Origin: Escherichia phage ukendt
Length of the DNA stretch: 64,000 bases
Sequence record: NC_052661.1
Direction: 5' to 3' (one strand)
Position numbers and translations under genes: made by a program
Part shown: positions 27,487-33,174 of the stretch, piece by piece
Layout of the letters: every line of letters begins with the position of its first letter
Position numbering within the stretch: position 1 is the first letter of the stretch
Notes under the pieces: generated by a model
Databases searched by the model: none
What the model saw: the letters and a program-made list of their open reading frames with translations, nothing else
Told to the model about the DNA's origin: nothing

Positions 27487-27679
27487 TTACTACCTCCATA
27501 CGATCTAAAAAGTCATTCACAAATCTCCAGTAACGTTGACCTGTTCTAAGATCTTCATAGATAACCACAGGATCAAACACTTTAGATATTCCGGCAGGTT
27601 TTGGAAATTCCACTACCGTATATAAACCACCTTTTGCTACACAAGAATAGGTTACGCCTGTAATTGGATAGTTGCTCAT
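27440..27679 (-). CDS. hypothetical protein (79 aa)
   Basis: ORF. Confidence 0.4.
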   Translation of the reverse strand: MSNYPITGVTYSCVAKGGLYTVVEFPKPAGISKVFDPVVIYEDLRTGQRYWRFVNDFLDRMEVVSGENTEEVIKAKERY

Positions 27680-27870
27680 TTCTTTACGTACTCCATGATT
27701 GGGGTATGGTCGCCAGTAAGTGTAACACGGCTGTAGGACACATCTTGTGTCTTCAGTGTATCAATCCACTCTAAGAAGTGTTCTTTCGCTTCTGTGTAGT
27801 TCTGTGTGCCTTTAACAACGTGTATACCATCTAGAGTTACACGGAATACCATTTGAATAACGTCTTTCAT
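27676..27870 (-). CDS. hypothetical protein (64 aa)
   Basis: ORF. Confidence 0.4.
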   Translation of the reverse strand: MKDVIQMVFRVTLDGIHVVKGTQNYTEAKEHFLEWIDTLKTQDVSYSRVTLTGDHTPIMEYVKK

Positions 27871-27983
27871 TTCTTACCTCCTTTGTTGTCAAAATAACTT
27901 ACCAGAACATCGTGAACCACACACATGGCAAAAATCAGAACAATTGTTGTCAGGACTGGATTCTCACTAATTAGTGCTATCAT
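27867..27983 (-). CDS. small membrane protein (38 aa)
   Basis: internal ATG with SD GGAGGTGG; single hydrophobic helix; the longer track ORF would overlap the upstream gene by ~100 nt. Confidence 0.3.
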   Translation of the reverse strand: MIALISENPVLTTIVLIFAMCVVHDVLVSYFDNKGGKK

Positions 27984-28290
27984 CTTTAACCACCTCCAAT
28001 TGCCTTTCGAGTTTGACTTTGTTTGAGAACTGATAATGACACAACTTACATTGCATGTCAACAATCTGATCGTGATTTAACCCTACAATTTTAACTTCCT
28101 TTGCACCATCCCATTCCAAATACTCAAAGCCATCCAAATGATTACTCTTGTCCAACAGGAATGCTATCTGCTGCCATTCAATCTGAATATCATTTAAATG
28201 ATATGCTGCACAGAAGATATCCTCATAGTAAAAGACGACCATTGTCATTGCTTCGTCCAGTACAACTACCTCTTGTCTTGTAAATCTCAT
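27967..28290 (-). CDS. hypothetical protein (107 aa), first gene of minus-strand block
   Basis: SD GGAGG before ATG at 28290. Confidence 0.45.
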   Translation of the reverse strand: MRFTRQEVVVLDEAMTMVVFYYEDIFCAAYHLNDIQIEWQQIAFLLDKSNHLDGFEYLEWDGAKEVKIVGLNHDQIVDMQCKLCHYQFSNKVKLERQLEVVKDDSTN

Positions 28291-28334
28291 TCTAGCCTCC
28301 TAAACGCGTCTCTGACGCACTTTTTATATATAAG

Positions 28335-28363
28335 ATGATAAATCACCTTACCTAGTAAGTAAA
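28335..28363 (-). promoter_or_regulatory. candidate early promoter TTTACT-N17-TATCAT (minus strand)
   Basis: read on reverse complement upstream of the 28290 start; a small hairpin (GCGTC-TCT-GACGC, ~28306..28318) lies in the 5'UTR. Confidence 0.35.
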
Positions 28364-28542
28364 CTTGCTCTACGAGCCTCTTATGAAGCTTATGTTATAG
28401 GCTATACTATTGCTACCTGTTTAAGCAAGGTTTTTGCACACAGAAAATAATTTTTAATAAAACTCTTGACTTTTGTGTTCGAAGTATGCTACCCTAGAAA
28501 TCTATTAACGAGCGAAGCGAGTTAAGGTTTTAGGTTGTTGAT

Positions 28543-28656
28543 GTAGTACTCTGTACTCAAGTACTGTACTCCGTACTAGATTAATAATTATTAAATATTA
28601 ATAATAAATAATTATTAGATCTAACAAACAGGTACAGTGTATCAGAACTGGTACGT
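28543..28656. repeat. GTAC(T) direct-repeat cluster flanking a 40-bp A/T-only tract (candidate origin or regulatory hub)
   Basis: five GTACT copies in tagtactctgtactcaagtactgtactccgtactag, then a pure A/T tract, then further GTAC motifs (ggtacagtg...ggtacgtacag). Confidence 0.5.
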
Positions 28657-28711
28657 ACAGATCAACTTCTATCAATTAAAAAATAAAATAATAAATTATT
28701 ATAAATAATAC

Positions 28712-28740
28712 TTGATCTATAGATCAGTATGAAGTATAGT
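28712..28740 (+). promoter_or_regulatory. promoter TTGATC-N17-TATAGT overlapping the palindrome GATCTATAGATC
   Basis: ttgatctatagatcagtatgaagTATAGT; perfect 12-bp palindrome with two GATC sites at 28714..28725. Confidence 0.45.
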
Positions 28741-28772
28741 ACGGAACATCTTAACAAGAATGGAGGTGTGCA

Positions 28773-28958
28773 ATGATTAGTGAGAATCCGTGCAAATGGC
28801 ATCATGTGCCTATTAAAGATTGTATGTCTTGTAATCCACGTTCTATTTATAACATTGCATCTTATGATGATGACAATGTGTTAGACGATGATGAAGGCTG
28901 GGAGGATTTAGATTGGACTGGTTATGAAACCAAAAAGGATAAAATTATTCCTAGTTGA
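28773..28958 (+). CDS. hypothetical Cys-containing protein (61 aa)
   Basis: SD GGAGG before ATG; first plus-strand gene. Confidence 0.5.
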   Translation: MISENPCKWHHVPIKDCMSCNPRSIYNIASYDDDNVLDDDEGWEDLDWTGYETKKDKIIPS

Positions 28959-28995
28959 CTTAAGATATCCTTCGTGCTAAACTAGAAATGAGGAG

Positions 28996-29247
28996 ATGCC
29001 GATCACTCCCCATTTGGGGTTCGAAGGATATATGCAAAATAGCTTTTATTTTAGGTGCCGTGCTTGTAATAGGCATTTGACAAACCACTCCAGACGTGAT
29101 AAAAATGGAGTCATCAAGGAATCAGACCTCTGTTCTATTTGCACAGGTTTGGCTTTTGATGATAGTCCCGAAAGGGTTTATCAGCATCAATGTATAACAG
29201 ACGTTCTCGTGTCAAACTTGGTAGAGGACGAACAACTAACAGATTAG
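28996..29247 (+). CDS. small zinc-finger protein
   Basis: CRACNRH...CSIC; start ambiguous (28996 or ATG 29032 with SD AAGGA). Confidence 0.45.
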   Translation: MPITPHLGFEGYMQNSFYFRCRACNRHLTNHSRRDKNGVIKESDLCSICTGLAFDDSPERVYQHQCITDVLVSNLVEDEQLTD

Positions 29248-29255
29248 GAGGAACA

Positions 29256-29504
29256 ATGTCTCTATTAGAAAAACACGTGTTTGAAGATGGTAACGGCAAT
29301 GCAGTTTTTCTTTTCCATCCAGAAAAATACACATCTGAAAACAATGGTACAACTTCTATTGTAATCACTAAAGATGTTAAAGTTATTGATTTCTTGGCTC
29401 TGATGCGAGAGATGGATCTTGAAATTAATACTTTTAACGCAGAAGCTTTGGTTGTTGCTCTTCTGGAAAAGAAAGATAGTGAAGAAGTAGCAGAATATGC
29501 TTAA
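29256..29504 (+). CDS. hypothetical protein (82 aa)
   Basis: start at internal ATG with SD AGGAGG (track ORF begins earlier at 29190). Confidence 0.5.
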   Translation: MSLLEKHVFEDGNGNAVFLFHPEKYTSENNGTTSIVITKDVKVIDFLALMREMDLEINTFNAEALVVALLEKKDSEEVAEYA

Positions 29505-29511
29505 ATAACTA

Positions 29512-29541
29512 TTGACAAACGTATCCTTCATATGTTAGGAT
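29512..29541 (+). promoter_or_regulatory. promoter TTGACA-N18-TAGGAT with extended TG
   Basis: ctaTTGACAaacgtatccttcatatgtTAGGAT; upstream of the tRNA array leader. Confidence 0.4.
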
Positions 29542-29751
29542 ACGTTCATCAAGTGTGGTAACAGGGTCGTTGACTTTTGTTAAGAGAGGCTTGCACTGCG
29601 GATAGTGTTAGAGACTACTTCTTCAGAGGTTAGCTACCAAAGAGGAAAAGGAATAGTCTCGGCTCAAGAACTTTTACGCTGAAAGTTGGGCTTGGTCTTA
29701 GAGAATGTAGCGGTTCTCTACAATCGTCAGCGTCTCTGTTACCACATTTAT

Positions 29752-29826
29752 GGCCCTGTAGCTCAATGGGAGAGCTGTCGGCTCATAACCGATAGGTAGC
29801 TGGATCGAAACCAGCCAGGGCCACCA
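29752..29826 (+). tRNA. tRNA-Met/Ile2 (anticodon CAT)
   Basis: manual cloverleaf: acceptor GGCCCTG/CAGGGCC, D-stem GCTC/GAGC, anticodon loop CTCATAA, encoded CCA; acceptor resembles tRNA-Ile2. Confidence 0.75.
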
Positions 29827-29828
29827 AC

Positions 29829-29903
29829 GTCTTTATGGTGTAATGGATAGCACAGGAGTCTTCTAAACTCTTAGTCAAGGTTCGATTCCTTGTAAAGACA
29901 CCA
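29829..29903 (+). tRNA. tRNA-Arg (anticodon TCT)
   Basis: acceptor GTCTTTA/TAAAGAC, anticodon loop CTTCTAA, T-arm CAAGG-TTCGATT-CCTTG, CCA. Confidence 0.75.
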
Positions 29904-30099
29904 GAACATTTTAACATGAATTAGCTCAAGTGATTTGAACCCACTACTGATCATGGTGGCAGAGAATGAGGTAAGTATGTCAGACATTATAAACAAAGGC
30001 CACGGTTATATTAGAAGACATAAATGCTCGAAGAGCACCGTTCGCTGAGAACGGGGGTTGGTGGAGTCACCATTCATGGTAAAATGTTTTAAAAAACTA

Positions 30100-30128
30100 T
30101 TGACAACTAACACTATTTTATGTTAGAT
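30100..30128 (+). promoter_or_regulatory. promoter TTGACA-N18-TAGATT with extended TG
   Basis: ctaTTGACAactaacactattttatgtTAGATT; upstream of the tRNA-Ser genes. Confidence 0.45.
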
Positions 30129-30137
30129 TATAAGCAT

Positions 30138-30228
30138 GGAAGGGCAAATCGACGTGGCGACGAAAACGGTCTTGAAAACCGCCGAGCTTGAAAGAGCCTT
30201 GGGAGTTCGACTCTCCCTCCTTCCGCCA
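30138..30228 (+). tRNA. tRNA-Ser (anticodon TGA), class II
   Basis: anticodon arm ACGGT-CTTGAAA-ACCGC and long variable arm as in E. coli tRNA-Ser(UGA); 3' end TCCTTCC-G-CCA; D-region irregular. Confidence 0.6.
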
Positions 30229-30232
30229 GATT

Positions 30233-30318
30233 GGTAGATTGGTGAAATGGTAGCCACGACAGTTTGCTAAACTGTAGTCGGAAACGGCGTGTAGGTTCGA
30301 GTCCTACATCTACCGCCA
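30233..30318 (+). tRNA. tRNA-Ser (anticodon GCT), class II
   Basis: acceptor GGTAGAT/ATCTACC, anticodon arm ACAGT-TTGCTAA-ACTGT, long variable arm, G73, CCA. Confidence 0.75.
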
Positions 30319-30448
30319 AGTTCTTTTTAATGTAGCTTACTTTAGCAGAGTAAATCTTCGGCAAGTGGCGGTAACCACTTTACCGATACCTCATAGTTAG
30401 TGGTGTGAACACTGGCTATTTTAAAAAGAATTTAAATATTAGTATTTA

Positions 30449-30536
30449 GGTGAGTTAATTCCGTAGGGGTAGCGGGGCAGACTGTAAATCTGTTATCATT
30501 GCGATTCGGGTGGTTCGACTCCATCACTCACCACCA
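30449..30536 (+). tRNA. tRNA-Tyr (anticodon GTA), class II
   Basis: acceptor GGTGAGT/ACTCACC, anticodon arm GCAGA-CTGTAAA-TCTGT (as E. coli tRNA-Tyr), long variable arm, A73, CCA. Confidence 0.7.
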
Positions 30537-30542
30537 AATTAA

Positions 30543-30628
30543 GATGAGTTGGCTGAATGGTTTAAGCGGCGGACTGTTAATCCGTGTTCGAAAGAACAAT
30601 ATAGGTTCGAATCCTATACTCATCGCCA
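30543..30628 (+). tRNA. class-II (Ser-type) tRNA with anticodon GTT (Asn codons)
   Basis: acceptor GATGAGT/ACTCATC, 3-bp D-stem GCT/AGC, anticodon arm GCGGA-CTGTTAA-TCCGT, 15-nt variable hairpin GTTC-GAAA-GAAC, T-arm ATAGG-TTCGAAT-CCTAT, G73, CCA. Confidence 0.6.
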
Positions 30629-30635
30629 GAATTAT

Positions 30636-30712
30636 GGACTTGTAGAGTTAAGGTAAACCCCCAGTCGCCAATAGGCTTCTGGAATTGCAGGTATCGAATC
30701 CTGCCGAGTCCC
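30636..30712 (+). pseudogene. degenerate tRNA-like element
   Basis: acceptor-like GGACTTG/CGAGTCC and T-arm-like GCAGG-TATCGAAT-CCTGC, but no canonical anticodon arm and no CCA. Confidence 0.25.
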
Positions 30713-30718
30713 AGCATT

Positions 30719-30793
30719 GCTCCTATAGTATAATGGCTATTACAACGGTTTTGTAATCCGTGGATCTCTGTTCGATTCAGTGTGGGAGCACCA
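30719..30793 (+). tRNA. tRNA-Thr (anticodon TGT)
   Basis: acceptor GCTCCTA/TGGGAGC, anticodon loop TTTGTAA, T-loop TTCGATT, CCA; T.T mismatches in anticodon and T stems. Confidence 0.5.
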
Positions 30794-31065
30794 ACACAAC
30801 ATTAAGAGCACTGTGATTGATCGTCGTATCCTGTGCACAAGGTCTGCTCGAAAGACAGTGTTCTTAGTATTGTGTTGATCACAAAAAGAGTCACCCGAAA
30901 CTTGACCGGAGTAGGGTTGGATGGGGCAAAATGAGAAGCGGCTCTCCCATCGACAGCAACGAAGAATAATATTTGACTTTGGTTTTGTATTATTTAAGTT
31001 AGCTTACCGAACGTAGGGCTAGTCACCCAACGGGATACTCGTCACTGTCCCAATCAATAAAAGTC

Positions 31066-31095
31066 TTGACAACAAATAGTAAAATGTAGTATAGT
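31066..31095 (+). promoter_or_regulatory. promoter TTGACA-N18-TATAGT
   Basis: cTTGACAacaaatagtaaaatgtagTATAGT, ~12 nt before tRNA-Gly. Confidence 0.45.
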
Positions 31096-31106
31096 AAAGA
31101 TATAGG

Positions 31107-31180
31107 GCGTTCTTGGTGTAGCGGTAGCATTCCGTCCTTCCAAGTCGGCGGCACGAGTTCGATCCTCGTAGAACGCTCCA
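31107..31180 (+). tRNA. tRNA-Gly (anticodon TCC)
   Basis: acceptor GCGTTCT/AGAACGC, anticodon loop CTTCCAA, T-arm ACGAG-TTCGATC-CTCGT, CCA. Confidence 0.6.
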
Positions 31181-31277
31181 AATTATTTAATAAAGGGTTG
31201 CCAGAAAACTTTCTCTTTTACTCATGGTTTTCTCCTTCTCTCACACTTCTTCTGGTTGCCCTTCATTAAATGATTTT

Positions 31278-31353
31278 TGGTTTGTAGTGTAGTCCGGTAG
31301 CACACGACACTTTGACTGTCGTAGGTTTGGTTCAAATCCAGACAGACCAGCCA
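31278..31353 (+). tRNA. tRNA-Gln (anticodon TTG)
   Basis: U1-A72 acceptor TGGTTTG/CAGACCA (as in E. coli tRNA-Gln), anticodon arm CGACA-CTTTGAC-TGTCG, G73, CCA. Confidence 0.7.
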
Positions 31354-31358
31354 TATAA

Positions 31359-31435
31359 CGGAATTTAGCTCAGTTTGGTAGAGTGTACGCTTTGGGAGCG
31401 TATTGTCGCAGGTTCGAATCCTGCAATTCCGACCA
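31359..31435 (+). tRNA. tRNA-Pro (anticodon TGG)
   Basis: acceptor CGGAATT/AATTCCG, D-arm TAGCTCAGTTTGGTAGAG, anticodon arm TACGC-TTTGGGA-GCGTA, T-arm GCAGG-TTCGAAT-CCTGC, CCA. Confidence 0.8.
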
Positions 31436-31441
31436 ATTAAA

Positions 31442-31515
31442 TGTTTCGTAGTTCAATGGTAGAACCCACGACTGATAATCGTGAGACACAAGTTCGATTC
31501 TTGTCGAAACAACCA
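31442..31515 (+). tRNA. tRNA-Ile (anticodon GAT)
   Basis: acceptor TGTTTCG/CGAAACA, anticodon arm CACGA-CTGATAA-TCGTG, T-arm ACAAG-TTCGATT-CTTGT, CCA. Confidence 0.75.
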
Positions 31516-31517
31516 GT

Positions 31518-31587
31518 TTCCCGTTAGACTTACAGGATAAGAGTTCCACAGCTTATTGTGATGCTGGTTCGAATCCAGCACGGGATA
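31518..31587 (+). pseudogene. degenerate tRNA-like element
   Basis: good T-arm GCTGG-TTCGAAT-CCAGC and D-arm-like region, but short aberrant anticodon arm, 1-72 mismatch and no CCA. Confidence 0.25.
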
Positions 31588-31593
31588 CATAAT

Positions 31594-31672
31594 AGCGGGA
31601 TAGAGGAGTCTGGTCGTCCTCGCCAGTTTCATATGCTGGAGATCATTGGTTCAAATCCGATTCCCGCCTCCA
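31594..31672 (+). tRNA. tRNA-Met (anticodon CAT), 1-72 mismatched
   Basis: acceptor AGCGGGA/TCCCGCC (A1.C72), D-stem GAGG/CCTC, anticodon arm CCAGT-TTCATAT-GCTGG, T-loop TTCAAAT, CCA. Confidence 0.6.
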
Positions 31673-31787
31673 AATATCGCTTGCCAGCGGTATCTTTGAA
31701 GACCTTGCCTGGTTCCTTCTAAGATGGAGGGGTGCGACTCCTTAACGCACAATTATAATAAAGCATTTCAAATTAACAGTATTTATT

Positions 31788-31810
31788 AGCCTCCTTATTG
31801 GAGGCTTTTT
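31788..31810 (+). terminator. intrinsic terminator closing the tRNA array
   Basis: AGCCTCC-ttatt-GGAGGCT followed by TTTTT. Confidence 0.7.
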
Positions 31811-31829
31811 GCTATCTATTGAATAAAAC

Positions 31830-31858
31830 TTGACTTATTATTTTTTATATGTTAAGAT
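31830..31858 (+). promoter_or_regulatory. promoter TTGACT-N17-TAAGAT
   Basis: TTGACTtattattttttatatgtTAAGAT, ~20 nt before SD of gene 31880. Confidence 0.5.
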
Positions 31859-31879
31859 AAAGTTTAGGAGGATTTTATT

Positions 31880-32176
31880 ATGCCTAAACTAAAACGTGGT
31901 CGTGGAAGACCAACAGCCGAAATGCAACAGATCTACGCAATGGATGCGGCGCAAGCAAGTGTAAAAGAATTATTTGCAGAGCATTATTTAGAAGCTATGC
32001 GATATATTGTTGAACTTGTTAATGATAAGGATGCAGCAAAACCTCTCCGCTTCCAAGCAGCTAAAGCTATTAAAGAGCAAGTAGAAGAATGGTTAGAAGA
32101 ACATTATGAAGCTATGGAAGAAGAAACCCCTGCCGTGCAGAATACAGATGACGTTCCTAAAAAGATCGTAATCTAA
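31880..32176 (+). CDS. putative DNA-binding protein with AT-hook-like RGRGRP (small-terminase candidate)
   Basis: SD AGGAGGA; N-terminal KLKRGRGRPTAE; monocistronic between terminators. Confidence 0.5.
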   Translation: MPKLKRGRGRPTAEMQQIYAMDAAQASVKELFAEHYLEAMRYIVELVNDKDAAKPLRFQAAKAIKEQVEEWLEEHYEAMEEETPAVQNTDDVPKKIVI

Positions 32177-32225
32177 TCCCTCTCCTCTCTTGGGGCTTTG
32201 CCCCTCCTCCTTGTTATTTTTAACA

Positions 32226-32254
32226 CCCCTCTCCGAAAGGTTAGGGGCTTTTTT
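32226..32254 (+). terminator. intrinsic terminator
   Basis: CCCCT...AGGGG hairpin followed by CTTTTTTATTTTT; a smaller GGGGC-ttt-GCCCC hairpin precedes it at ~32192..32204. Confidence 0.45.
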
Positions 32255-32265
32255 ATTTTTAATGC

Positions 32266-32295
32266 TTGCAATTGTATATCATTTTGTGATAAGAT
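32266..32295 (+). promoter_or_regulatory. promoter TTGCAA-N18-TAAGAT with extended TG
   Basis: TTGCAAttgtatatcattttgtgaTAAGAT. Confidence 0.4.
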
Positions 32296-32316
32296 CAGAT
32301 ATGAGGAGGATAAAAT

Positions 32317-32487
32317 ATGCGCAATTTTGTAGTTAAAAATGATTTTAACCGTTCTTCTTATCATAAAGATAAAAAGAATGATTACACACGGGTTTGGAAC
32401 TTGGAGGAAGAACTTTATGATGACAGAGAAGACTTGGGAAGAGATCCTAGCGGAGGCTCAACCAATGGAAGTGAAGAAGATAGTTAA
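32317..32487 (+). CDS. small charged protein (56 aa), uncertain
   Basis: ATG with SD GAGGAGGA; overlaps the alternative ORF 32417..32554 in another frame. Confidence 0.3.
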   Translation: MRNFVVKNDFNRSSYHKDKKNDYTRVWNLEEELYDDREDLGRDPSGGSTNGSEEDS

Positions 32488-32554
32488 CAACGCCCCTTCT
32501 CTTCCTAAAATAAAATTTTATGAGGAAGTAGAAGATAATGAATCTAAAGACTAA
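32417..32554 (+). CDS. small protein (45 aa), uncertain
   Basis: ATG with SD GGAGGAAG; same frame as track ORF 32339..32554. Confidence 0.3.
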   Translation: MMTEKTWEEILAEAQPMEVKKIVNNAPSLPKIKFYEEVEDNESKD

Positions 32555-32930
32555 AACTGTATTAAGTTTTGTTTTAATTGTTGTTCTTATTCTTGCCGGA
32601 ATGTTTGCTTATAACAAGATACGTGAGTCTGGCTACAAAGATGGTGTTGCCTATCAAACGCAAGTATATCAAGCAGCCCAAGCAAAAGCAAAACAAGATT
32701 TCGATGTTCTTCAAAAAAGAGCGGATGAAGAAAGAGCATTATTAAATACTCAAATAAACAACTTGTCTAAAAACAATGCACAATTAAAAGCAGATTTAGA
32801 GAAGAAGAAACAAACGATCAATGAGGATACAACGAATTATGCAAAAACTAATTCTGGCAGTATGTCTTGCTTTGCCCCTAATGATGACGGGTTGTTCATC
32901 ATCAACAAAAGTTTCCCCAGTTCTTATTGA
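32538..32930 (+). CDS. i-spanin (Rz-like inner-membrane spanin)
   Basis: N-terminal TM VLSFVLIVVLILAGMFAY then coiled-coil periplasmic domain; o-spanin gene overlaps in another frame. Confidence 0.6.
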   Translation: MNLKTKTVLSFVLIVVLILAGMFAYNKIRESGYKDGVAYQTQVYQAAQAKAKQDFDVLQKRADEERALLNTQINNLSKNNAQLKADLEKKKQTINEDTTNYAKTNSGSMSCFAPNDDGLFIINKSFPSSY

Positions 32931-33165
32931 TGAGTGTAAGGCCGTAGCAATAGAAAAGGTTAAAGGTCCAGATTCGGACTTGATGGATAAAGTATCGACA
33001 CCTGTGCCATACACTAAAAATCAAATTGCAAAAGGGGTTAGTAGATCTGAAGTTGTCAACAACCAAACTCAAAACAATGCTCTTTGGGAGCAAGATAGAC
33101 GAAAGGTTTTAGGTTTACAAGCATATATTAAAACACTGCAAGAAAAAGGTATTATTGCTGAATAA
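32821..33165 (+). CDS. o-spanin (Rz1-like outer-membrane lipoprotein)
   Basis: signal peptide plus lipobox LALPLMMTGC; starts inside the i-spanin gene and extends beyond it; start may be the ATG at 32839. Confidence 0.6.
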   Translation: MRIQRIMQKLILAVCLALPLMMTGCSSSTKVSPVLIDECKAVAIEKVKGPDSDLMDKVSTPVPYTKNQIAKGVSRSEVVNNQTQNNALWEQDRRKVLGLQAYIKTLQEKGIIAE

Positions 33166-33174
33166 GGAGGGAAT

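Noticed and set aside
29904-30099. Additional tRNA between tRNA-Arg and the tRNA-Ser promoter
   Set aside because: No GTTC-type T-loop, no acceptor pairing and no CCA could be found; only generic hairpins (for example ccgttcgctgagaacgg).
30128-30364. 78-aa six-frame ORF on the minus strand across the tRNA-Ser genes
   Set aside because: It is the antisense translation of two well-folded tRNA genes (its peptide reads through the T-arm sequence), has a TTG start and no SD; coding is implausible.
32339-32554. The longer track ORF upstream of the spanins as a holin
   Set aside because: Its hydrophobic N-terminal segment (ILTVLLIIKIK) is too short for a transmembrane helix and there is no SD at 32339; the SD-preceded ATG at 32417 gives a soluble 45-aa product.
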